DNA of 64,000 nucleotides. Origin: Cercozoa sp. M6MM (lineage: Eukaryota > Protista > Endomyxa: Ascetosporea). The stretch lies in the NCBI GenBank assembly GCA_040357565.1, contig JBDODJ010000042.1; one strand, given 5' to 3'. Shown here piece by piece: positions 41,034-52,496 of this stretch. The translations under genes were made by a program, and so were the position numbers. The stretch's first letter is position 1. The number at the start of each line of letters is the position of its first letter. The notes under the pieces were generated by a model. That model was not told where the DNA came from. It did no database searches and worked only from the letters and a program-made list of their open reading frames with translations.

Positions 41034-42857
41034 ATGAGCGTTTCTCATCCTCCACTCCCGGCGGACGAAACCGAAGTCAAGACGGAGTTTCTCGAGGTAG
41101 TTTCCTTTGAGTGTGAGTGTAACAACAAGTTGAAAACAGCAGGAGTCATGTATATGTGTTTCCTTAGAACACTGGACCGCGTGAGTTGCGACGATACACA
41201 CCGAAGCGGCTGCGACGAGTGCGATCACATCGACATTGCAAAAAACTGTCGGCAAAGACGCGACGGGCGGTGCGAGCACTGAAAGCCTGTCATAGCAACA
41301 AGCACGACAAAAAAGAGCCAAGTAGCGCTGCTTTCTTTTTGTTTTGAGGTTTTCTTTAAATTATATGTGTGGTGTGTGTTTGCTTTGCAGCCACTCCAGG
41401 CTGGAGGCGTGCGAAGCAAGAGTCGCGTCAAGTCGATCTGCAGGACGTCTTCAGCACTGACCAGCCGTATGTTTTTTCTGTGTTAGTTGACTTGTCGCTT
41501 TGCTTGAAGTTGAGTTGAGTTGCTCGGAGTTGAGTTGCTTTAAGTTAGTTGCTTGAGTTAAGTTGCTTTGCTTTGACTTGCTTTGCTTTGACTTGCTTTG
41601 ATTTGACTTTGCTTTGAGCTGAGTTGTTTTACTTCGAATTGAGTGTTGCTTCTACCAGCTGGCGCTCGTACCAGAGCGGCAAGGAAGAAGAGGAGGACGA
41701 GGCGGTCGAGTGGCTCGATGACGACGCAGCAGCCGACGATTTCTCGTTCGATTTCGGCGCCGCGCGACTCGAGCGCGACATGCCGTCACAGCCGCTAGAG
41801 CGAGCGACTCACGAAATCGCGGACGAAGCTAGTGCGAAATCGACGCCATCGACGCCGTCGAAGTCGCAATCGGCGCAATCGGCGAAATCGACTTCACACT
41901 CGGCGCAATCGGCGAAAGCGACGTCGCAAACACCGAAAGCGACGAATTTCGCGCCGCCGCAGCCGCGGAATCTCCTGTCGTACAGCGCTATTCGACGCGA
42001 CGTTTCGAGCACATCTGCACACGTCGATATCGACGCTTTCTTCGCCGATCTACCGGGCTCTGCACCGGCTCAGGCCACTCCGACTCAAGCCACTCCGACT
42101 CAAGCCACTCTGACTCAAACTAGGACCCAAACTCTGAGTCAAGCTGCGACTCAAGCTGCTCCGACTTCGGCTCCGACTCCAGCTGCTCCGACTCCGACTC
42201 AGACTGCAACTCGGACTGCAACTCAGACTGCAACTCAGGCTGCCACTCAGACTGCGCCGGAAGCGAAGCGCGAAACGCCGACGCAGCCGCAAGTCGCTCC
42301 GCCTGGCATGCATCCCCCGGTGCATGCGCACACTGGGCCCTACATGCACGCACCTCATGTAGTTTTATCCTCCTTTCACCCCCCGTCATTTTACCCCCCT
42401 CCCCGATGCAGTTGACGCCGCAGCAGCACGCGATGTGGGTGCAGCAGCAGCACATGATGGCCATGCAGATGCAGCACATGGCTCCGCGCGGACATCCGCA
42501 TATGCACCCGGTCGATGCACGGGTATACCTCACCCCTTTTTACTCCACCCCCCTATTCCTTTACCTCCCATGTTATTCCCACAGCACCACGTGGCACAAG
42601 CGGCGCAGGCGGCACAAGCAGCACGTGTGCCGCACAGTGTTCCGACGAGTGACGCATCACTGACGCAGCCGGTTCCACACGCTGTGGCACGTCGTGTCAT
42701 GCACGCTCGGTGTGTCCCATTTGTGTCCAGTTTTACCCCCCCCCACTTTATACCCACTCCACGCAGTTACCACCAATATGCGTCGCGTGCGTCGCCACAG
42801 CGAGCGAGTCGGCCGCAGCAGCCTGCCGAGTACAAGCCGCCTGTGCGTCGCAACTAA
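41034..42857 (+). CDS. Intrinsically disordered protein with YxxxxL, acidic-W and FDF motifs; T/Q/A repeats; Q/M/H-rich tail
   Basis: First four exons splice in frame: RRYTPKRLRRVR ... EEEEDEAVEWLDDDAAADDFSFDF ... (ATPTQ)n/(TATQ)n ... QQQHMMAMQMQHM. Confidence 0.7.
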
Positions 42858-42987
42858 ATTTCTGGCCTTTCCCTTACATTGTTAGTTTTGAAGTTCCCCA
42901 GGACATCTTCTTCAAGGTCGGTACACTTTTTAATTGTTACAGGTACACAACAAGAAAGGACGATGATGGCTCGGATGAAGTTGAGTT

Positions 42988-43745
42988 TTAACGCGCCTTG
43001 CCGACCATGAAATCCTTGAGGAACTCGGAGGCCACGTCCGTGTGCGTAATATCGCCGGACATGGTCTGTGAAGGGGTAAGGGTAAAGGAGCAAATGGCGG
43101 GTATGAAGGGGTAAAGGGGCAAACACACCGGAAGAACGCGCTCCTCCTCCTTGATTTGAACGGCACGCCATTGGTCCAACAGCTTGTACACATGCGATTC
43201 CGTCTTCAGCAGGGTCACGGCCTGCCCGAGGGGTAAAGGGGATGAGGAGGGGAGTACAGAAAGTGACTGACCTCGTGTAGCTCGGCGTCGCCCTTGTGAC
43301 GCAGCATGTCGACAGCGTCGAGGTTGTGGATGCCGCGGAACTTGTCGAACTTGGCGCGAATCACGCGTCGCAAGTCCTGCTTTGAGTAGCCTGCCGCCAC
43401 AAGCGACACACACAACATGCACTGGACTAACTAGGCAGGGAAGAGCCTGGACTACCCTCGATCTCGTAGGCCGACATGATGAAGTCCAGGTGTCGCATCC
43501 ACGAGCGGTACTGTGCCGCCACCAGCAGGTTGCTGTGCTCCAGCGATCGCGCCTGTTCACAGCACATACACAAGGTCACAGGGCACAACAAGCCACACAA
43601 ACCGACACAACAGTACAGTCAGCGTGACGTCGAGTTTATTTGAGCGGAACTTCTTCCCGACGCCCACCATGGCATCATTCGTCATCGCCAGTTGCCGAGT
43701 CTGCGCTGCCTGTTGGCACACACGTCGAAGCACTCGCGCCTGCAT
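42988..43745 (-). CDS. NDUFA6: Complex I LYR-family subunit B14/NDUFA6
   Basis: QYRSWMRHLDFIMSAYEI, LRRVIRAKFDKFRGIHNLDAVDMLRHKGDAELHE, KTESHV, SEFLKDFMVG; Arg-rich presequence. Confidence 0.88.
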
Positions 43746-43985
43746 GCCTCGTCCGACACAAGATACTCTGCACCGGGTGGAAAACACAAAAATAATTCAG
43801 CTTTGTCAGGGCTACAGAAATGATAGAACACACTAACTTACCACGAGCACACCACAGGTTATGCGTATCGTAATCCGTGCTGCTCAGCCGTGTCCTGGTG
43901 GCTATAGTTCGATGCAAAAACGATCGTTTGCTTTTTCTCGTTAGACAAAGAGTATTGAGCAGTGTTGTATAGCACACTCAGTACG

Positions 43986-45745
43986 ATGGAATGTCCTTCC
44001 TACTCAGTGCGCCATGGGGTGAGATTTGATCTCGCGGGGATGTTGTTTTTTCAAATGTGATTTGTTGGTTTTCTCAGGCACGCGCGATCACAGCACTCGC
44101 ATGTCAGCCCGATGAAGTAGGTGTGCTTGAACTAGATATCTGCACGACGTTAATTAACAGGTCGTGTGTGTGCAGCTAGCTTCCTGATCGGCACGTACTC
44201 GTTCGACACGGACCGCGCGAACGAGTTGCATTTGCTGAAGCTCTCAGAGAGTGAGCTCACGCGCGAGCAGGTCTGGAAATTAGCGTTGCCGTTTAAAGTT
44301 TTGGCGGCACATCCGCGTCCTGTCAGTAGGTACCCAGCTTTCTGCTTTTGGTTGTTTTGCTTTGTTCCGAAGTTTCTGCATCTTGTTTTCTCGCTTTGAT
44401 TTTTCGAGATAAAAAGCGATTTTTGAGAAGGGTTTTCGCCGGGATCGATTCGCAGGGCGTTGCAAAGTTGTTCGATGCCAGTGAAAATGAATTACTTACG
44501 ATTTGCGAGCTTTCACCGCATGCGCGGTGTTGCCGATGGCTTGCTTTCGACGGCGATGATGCATTCCTCCTCGTGAGTTGCGACACCGATATTCGCGTGT
44601 TTCGAGTGCTTCACGACGAAACAAGCGTTGCAAAGGCCGAGTTGTGTGCCACTGTGCCAGCGAGGGCACAAGTTACGGCGCTTGCGGTGCACTACAATGC
44701 TGGCAAGCAGCAATTGCGCGTTGTGGCAGCTTTGGACAACAAGACAATCCAAATCACTGATCTCTCTGTGAAAAGCGATCCAATCTCGCAGCAAGTTGAG
44801 TTGACTGTCGAAACAACGCGCACGATCTCAACTGGACGTGTCGTATGCGTGGAAGTCTCGCTGCGTGGTCTCTTGCTCACAGGCGATGTGCATGGGCGGG
44901 TCAGAATCTGGCGTGAAAATACGAAGAATTCTGCCTTCGACTGTGTGAATGAGTTGACGCACGACGGAATGGTTCTTTGTATTCGCTGTCACACGCAGCA
45001 TGGTGCACAGGTGTAAGCTTCTCTTTATGTTGTTTATTGAGTTTTTGACGAACAAGTTTGTTTGCAAAGTTTCAATGCAGAGTTATCATTTTTTATAAGA
45101 ACATGTCTGTTTGCAAGTTTAACCCAGTTTGTACGTAGAGTTGCTGTTTCGACGAGTGCAGACGAAGCAGTGCATATGTGGACGCTCCCACGACTGGATT
45201 TGGAACATCAAGAGTCGAAAAGTACGATACGATTTATTTCTTTAGAACAAGCTATTGTAGCCGTCCTAAGTTTGAGCGATTGCAGATGTTGACAATGTCT
45301 TGCGCAAGCATGGCGTTTCGCTTGACGATGAGCCGCATGGTAACCATTCGTGTTTTGTTTCGATCGATATTGCACTTTGAAACATGCAGACGACAGCGGG
45401 CATGTTTTGACCCAAAAACGCGTTCTTACGCTGCAGAAGGAGCATGCGGTACTGCTTTTGTTGTATTTTGTTGTTGCCGTTCAGGCTAAACTGTACACTT
45501 GTGCGATATATTAATTCATCACTTACAAATGCTCTCTGTGTTATGTATATATATTTATATATATGTCCATCACATTACCGATCTCCATTATATCTGTACA
45601 TTCTCGGCAGGACGCCGTGAGGTACATTGACTGGGCGTGCGGTGACAGCGCTTCACCGTGGTCGCTCGCCTCACTCAGCATCGACGGTCGGCTTGTCATC
45701 AGCACGGTGCCTCCCGACGTCAAGTACGACGTTCTGCTGCAATAG
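43986..45745 (+). CDS. EIPR1: EIPR1/TSSC1-like WD40 protein
   Basis: N-terminal ARAI..FLIGTYSF..NELHLL; C-terminal DAVRYIDW..PWSLASLSIDGRLVISTVPPDVKYDVLL. Confidence 0.82.
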
Positions 45746-45980
45746 ACCGTTATTTAAGTAAAGTTACAGTCCCGGTGCAGCGCTGTACGAGATAACTTTT
45801 CTTTGGCCTCTCTCAATTCATGAAAAACTGGCCCGGATCGGACAGCCGAAATCGCCACATGAGCCGTTTAGGCGTCTTAACCACTTTTTCGCTTACAATT
45901 CACAAGGGCGCGTCGGCTGCCGGGCTCTATCTCTTGCCTGAATCGAGTCAAGCCTGTCTTTTTTGCCTTTTTTCTCGCTG

Positions 45981-46533
45981 ATGTCGCGACCAGAGCGACT
46001 CGAAGGTGGCGCTCAGCATAATCCGTTCCTCCTCGCGAAAGAAGAGGCGCCGCGAAAGCCAAAACGAGAAGAGGAAGACGTGCCTGATCCCGACGATGGT
46101 ACCAGCGTTTCTCTGCGTTCCTGGCAGGCCGATTCATGTTGATAATTTCTGGCAGTGCTCGCAAAGCTCGCCGCCTTCCTGCCACGGATGAAACAGTCGA
46201 ACGAAGATCTCGAGCGACGAATGAAACAAGGCGAAGGTGCGCGCTTCTTTGCTAAAGTTTCATGTGGCGTCGTTTCACGTTTTCGGATGGACTGCAGATG
46301 TGTCGATGGAGGTGACAGGAGAGGAACCGCACGTGCGCATGGACTTTGCACTCAAACCACTCGAAAACGAGGCCGAGGAACGTGAGTTTGACGCAGTCTG
46401 CGAGGACGCCTCTCAGACGCGATCACGTGCTGACAAGCAAGGCCAAGCTGAGACCGCCGAGGCGCTGCAGCGTTTCTCTCGTGTGGCCGAGCGTTTCTGC
46501 ACACCGGAAGACTCTGCTGACGGCTCAAATTGA
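45981..46533 (+). CDS. NOPCHAP1/C12orf45 (DUF4598)-like protein, 3 exons
   Basis: In-frame splicing gives VLAKLAAFLPRMKQSNEDLERR..SMEVTGEEPHVRMDFAL, matching the FLPxMxxANExL..MDxAL pattern. Confidence 0.68.
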
Positions 46534-46881
46534 TTTCATCCGTGACTTGTGTCCACGACAACCAACTACTACTGGCAGAAGAAGAACACTGTACTCAAAG
46601 TAGAACGCGACGGAAAGAAGTGATCGTGCCATGTGCTGAGTGCCAAAGTGATCCTCAATTTTAGCAATCAGCCGATCAATGGCGATCAGTCCACTGTGGC
46701 ACGGCCACTTCGACTCGACCCGGGCCGATCTTTGAGCCACACTACCCGCTGGTGTTCTACACAACGACTCACGCCTTTAGTGGCGCCACTTAGCACACTG
46801 CGTGCATACCAACACTTGGGGCTCTGGGAGACGCGCGTCGTGAAACCTGGGATAATCCTTTTGTGGTGTCTTTTTTGAGTT

Positions 46882-47728
46882 ATGACTGACGAGCATGTAC
46901 CTTCCTTTTCTTGTGTTCTTGTTTCGCTTTGAATCTGACTCTGTCATGCAGGACGAGGTCGCGCTCGTGCGTCTCGATGCTCCCGGCAGTGCGCCTGCTC
47001 CAAACGCGCTCACGATCGACTTCGGCACTGCTGCTTGTAAATTCCGTTTATCTCAACTCAGCTCACTCGATTCAACTAAACTGGAATGACTTTTGATGCA
47101 ACTGCAGACCCGTCGGTGCTGGACCCTGCCGAGGCTGGACTCACAGTACGGCACTACGACAAGACGCTCGATCTGCGTCGGCCCTCGTTCCGCGATCTGC
47201 GACAGCACTTGACTGAAGTCTTTGACCAGGACGAAGAGCAAGGCGAAAATGCTGATGGGTGTGTGACCTTACTTCAACACTGGCATTGTTTTAACGTTGA
47301 AGTCATGGCTGAAACAATGTGTCTGCAGAAAAGATGAGCCGTTCATGTTGTCCCGTCAGGATACTCTGACTGAGGGCGATGTCCAAACAGCTGTGTGTTT
47401 GCGCGTTTGAAGTGTTCGTGAGGTCTCATTAATTTTGTATGCGTTAGGGCGGCAAGTTTGGCACCTGGGACGGCGTCTTTGCTTCCTGTATGCTTAATTT
47501 GTTCCTGAAACGGTACCCTTGAGAATGTTTGACAGGCCTGTTAAACATCTTTGGCGTCATCATGTTCCTTCGACTCGGCTGGGTGGTCGGCAAGGCCGGT
47601 TGGCTTTTGACGTTTGCGATCATTGCACTGGCTGTACTGGTGGTCACTCTGACCACCTTGTCGATGTCGGCGATTGCCACCAATGGCGGTGCGTTTCTGT
47701 GACTATATTATGCCCTATATATATATAT

Positions 47729-47781
<53 letters not shown>

Positions 47782-50700
47782 ATGTTTACAGAGGTGAAAG
47801 CCGGCGGTGCCTACTACCTGATCTCGCGCAGCGTTGGACCGCGTATTGGTACAGTTAAGTTTTAGCACGTGAAGTGAATAGTTAAAGGAGTATCATTGCA
47901 GGCGGTGCCATTGGTTTCCTCTTTGCGATCGGAAACTCCATCGCTGTGTCGATGTACGTGATTGGCTTCATGGAGACACTTACCGAACAGATGGGTACTC
48001 TTTGTTTTCGATGTTACTTCGAGTCAACTTGTGCTTACAATTCAACTTGCGATTGTGTTCTCTCACAGGCGATCCAGTGATCACCAACAGCACCATCAAT
48101 GAGATCCGTGTGCTGGGCATCTTGCTTGTGACGTTACTGCTCATCATGGCTCTCATCGGTGTCGGCTGGTACCTTGTCTCTTGTCTCGAGTTCACTTTTC
48201 GAAACTGACTTGTGTAGGGTCATTAAACTGCAACTCGTTTTGCTATTGCTACTGCTCGCATCAATCATGGCCTTCATGATCGGCAGCTTTATCGGCCCGG
48301 ACAAGGACAAGGGTTTCCTTGGCTGGGGTGATCTACAGCTCTCAAAGAATGCGGGTCCTTCCTGGTAAGTCTGAAAGTTTATTTCACCAAGTTTGGACTG
48401 AAAAACGCGTGGAGAAACGCTAAAGCCGGACAGTTATTATTGGAAAAGTAAGCTTGTTGTGGTCTCCAGGGATGCAGGCGACAAGAATGCGTCGAAGGAA
48501 ACCTTCTTCTCGGTGTTTGCCGTGTTCTTCCCGGCAGTAACGGGTATCATGGCGGGTGCCAACATTAGCGGTGACCTGCGTGACCCGGGCCAGGCGATTC
48601 CCAAGGGCACGCTGTCGGCCATCTCGTTCTCGGCCGTGGTGTACGCTACCATGGCCTTTTTCATCGGCGCCGTGTGTCGTCGCATTGACTTGATCGACAA
48701 CTACACCATCATGGCCAATGTGGCTGGCGGTACATCCTTGCTTTTTCTCTCCCCGACATGCTATCAACTTGCCTATCGCACTGACACATGCTCACAGATG
48801 GCTCCTTCTTGATCTACGCGGTACAACTTTTTTATCTGGGCTACAAAGCCCGCTTCCTCAAGATTATGTCCTCCTATGCACCAGGGCATCTATGCCGCCA
48901 CGTTCTCGTCGGCGCTCGGTGCGCTCGTTGGCGCCCCTCGAGTGCTTAACACGTGCCTTTTGCATTTTTAATATTTTTCTCAAGTTTTATGTAATCTGTT
49001 TGGTTACACCTGAAACTTGTTTTAATGTGTGTGTTGCAGTGTGGCGAAGGACAACATTGTGCCGTGGCTACGTTTCTTCGCGAAAACTCGTCGCAATGGC
49101 GATCCGTAGCTTTTCTCGTTTCGAAACTGCGAACTGAAAGCTACTTTTTGTTTTATGGACCGTATATGTGTGTAGTGTGCGAGGCTACTTCCTGGCCTAC
49201 TTTATTGCAGTTGCCTGCGTCGCGATTGGCGACCTGTACTGTTCTTTGTTGTTTTTTGTATTTGTGGTATCTTTTGTTTGTTGTGTAGAAACGCGGTTGC
49301 GCCGTTGATTTCAATGTTCTTCATGGGTACGTTTCTCAGTGCGAAAAAGATGGTAAACTGACCTTGTTACAGGCACATACGCCTTGGTGAACTTTTCGTG
49401 CTGGCAACTGAGTGTGTCCAAGTCGCCCGGCTGGTCAGTTTTTTTCAAATCACACACTTTCAAACTGCAATTGCTTGACTGGTTGACAACCGTTTTGTTA
49501 GGAGACCGAACTTCCGGTGGTTTAATCGATGGACAGCGTTGATCGGAATGCTCTTCTGCATTGTTATTATGTTCCTGCTGGACTGGGTCAGTTTTTCGCT
49601 TTTTCTGTTGAGTTTCTTTCAAGTCTGATCAGTTTTTTTTTTTTTTTTTTTTTTTTTGATTTAGTCATTTTTAATTTGCTTTGTTTGGTGCAGATCTACG
49701 CTATTATCGCCACCGCGATTGCCGTCGCTCTCTACGTACTTCCTCTTGCGTCCGCGGCTCGATCGCTTTCATCGGCTTACATCTATGTGTCAGTTCTACA
49801 TCGACTACGTGGACCCGCCAGTGAACTGGGGCAACTCGATCGAGTCGTACCGCGAACTGGAGGTACAGGCGAAAACTTGAAGCTGATCAACTGGCGGTAT
49901 GAGACAATCTGGACAGGTGACGCGCCACTTGATCGGAATGGAGAAGTTCAAGGCACACACGAAAAAGTTCCGACCGAACTTTTTGGTATTTTGTACGTTT
50001 CTTTCGGGTGATATTTGTTGACTCGTATGGTTCAGGTCATGTCGGGTGCGCCTTCCGACCGTCCGTCACTGCTGGGCTTTGTACTTTATCCGGTTTCGTT
50101 TTTACCTGATATGTAATTTTGATTTTTATTTCCAAAGGTGAGCGGAGCCTTGTACAAGGCGCACGGTTTGATCATGTTCGGACACGTTTACGGACGCGAT
50201 CAGCCAGGTATATTGTGATAAGACAGACGTGTTTGTTCGTGTTACTATGTGATTGTGCAGGCGAATTCGACTACCGAAAGCTCGTGCAGAGCACCGAGTT
50301 CCGCAGCAAGTGGGCTCAACGTCGGTAACTCTGCTGGAAGAAAGTACAGGTGAAACTGATGCTTTAATGTTTTGTTTGAGTTGTTCAGCTACCTGCGTCG
50401 CTGCACGGGCCGTGGCGAGGATGTGCTCGGCTTCTTGGACACCACGGTGGCCCCGACACTGCGTCAGGGTGCACAAGCGCTCTTCTCACTCTCGGGTCTG
50501 GGTTGCTTGCGTCCCAACACCTTTGTTCTGGTGAGGCAGCGAATTCTCTGAACAAGTATGTTCGTGTGTTGTCCTTTGATCAATCTCCTGTCTGCACTGC
50601 AGGGCTGGAAGAAGAACTGGCGCTCAGCGTCGCCCGAGGCTATCGATGTCAGTTTTGTCACAACAACTCGATTTTTTGTATATTCCACACAGAGACGAAA

Positions 50701-51061
50701 CTATCGCTGTAGGACTACGTAAACACGTTGCGCGATGCGTTTGCTCGTGGTTTTGGCTGCATGCTTACTCGTGGTTTGGAGCAAATCGATGTACTTATCT
50801 CTTTTTTTGTATTTTCGCGCGTTTTTTCTTGTTTTCTTGTGTTTGGTCTCTTCGATTTGTCTTCTTGGTTTGTAGTGGCAATCTCCGCCAATTGAGAACT
50901 CTGAGGCGCGTCTGGATTGCTGGTACAGCTGAATTTGATTTTTTCAGTTTTTCAGTTCATTGTTTTCGATCCAGTTTTTTAATTGTCTATTTGAAGCGTG
51001 TTTGTAGGTGGCTGTTCGATGACGGTGGTCTGTCGCTGTTGGTACGTTTCCAGTTTGCTCT

Positions 51062-51109
<48 letters not shown>

Positions 51110-51119
51110 NNNNNNNNNN

Positions 51120-51170
<51 letters not shown>

Positions 51171-52051
51171 GATTGTTGCAAACAGATTCCGTGGCTGGTG
51201 TCGCGCGCGCAATATTTCCGAGGCATTATTGGACGCCGTCAGATGCGAGTGCGACTGTTTGTGATTGCTCAGAGCAGTGCAGACGTGCGTCCGGATTTGG
51301 TACGGTCCTTTCGAATGGTCAGAGGTCGGGTAAATGGTGTGTTGTGTGGGGTACAGTTGACGATCGGTCCGTTGCTGAAGCGCTTCCGACTTGGCTTTGA
51401 CGAGCCCGAGATTGTCTTCCTCGATGATCACGAAGGCGAGAGCAGTAAGAAGCGACAGGGCGATGTGGAAATGCACACGCTGGACACGTACCATTCGCTG
51501 CGTGCCGATGTGACGCCGCTCAGCGAGGTATTCGACTTGCTTCTTTGTTTGTTTTTAGTATCAATTGGGTAGTTACCGCGCGGTGATGTGGCGCGCAATT
51601 TGCTTCGCGTGTCGGAACTCATGCGTCTGCACTCGCATGTACCCTTTTTATACGATATAAATTGTAGTTGATGTCTGGGTGTGCGGCAGGATGCAACGAT
51701 GTGCTTCGTGTCGATGCCGTTCCCGCGCATCGACGAGAGCGCCGTGGACTTCTTGGCGATCGCGCACACGCTGCTGCATGGCAGCGGGCACGCTGGACCA
51801 CTGCGCTACAAGACCGAGGACGAGATCGTCAACCAAGGACTCTCGATTCGCATAAACGATGGCGAGCACGATGACCATAGCGATGGCATCGGCAGCAACA
51901 ACGACGAGCTCAACGAGCACGACGAGCTGCCCTGCATGCCGCCCACCATGTAGCCTCCTCTCTAGCATACATATGTCGGTATGTGTTACCTGGTGTCTGC
52001 AGTCTCATGCGTGGCAACGGCAAGAACGTGCTCACTTTCTACAGCGAATAG
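46882..52051 (+). CDS. SLC12 cation-chloride cotransporter, NKCC/NCC-like, ~30 exons
   Basis: [112 protein letters not shown]. Confidence 0.95.
47715..47778. repeat. (TA)n microsatellite in an SLC12 intron (another at ~17329-17358 in STX16)
   Basis: Direct observation. Confidence 0.95.
51063..51166. repeat. (TG)n microsatellite with gap, in an SLC12 intron
   Basis: Direct observation. Confidence 0.98.
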
Positions 52052-52496
52052 TCTCAGGAGGTGCGCGCCCGTCTGCGCAAGGAACTGAATTCTGTCGTGT
52101 CGTCACAGGCGTAGTCCGTCTTGATTGACGTGATTGACTGCGCTGGTGTACGGTATGGTAGTTGAGTCAGTTGAGTCTTCTAGGAAACCAACTCAGCGCA
52201 GTAGTTCCCCGCCCCTGCACCAGTCCGGGGTCGGGTGTGGTGTACGGTAAATGTCACTTACGACGCGAATTACGTGCTGCCGTACACCCGATCTACGCTA
52301 GTTAGTTAGTTCAGTCTAGTCAATGATTACGTACGCACAGTCGAGTAAAAAGTATCTGACCATGAACGGAACTTGAAAACTAGTCCGATTGAGTTGAATG
52401 CAAAAGCTCCAGGCCTTTGAGCGTCTGCAGTACCAGAGAAGCATCCGCGTCAATGAAACATCATAGGAGAATCAATAAAAAGAAGTGAACTGCAAA

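Noticed and set aside
46882-52051. Non-canonical introns
   Set aside because: The junctions I traced in SLC12, RPC1, STX16 and PFDN6 all fit GT-AG.
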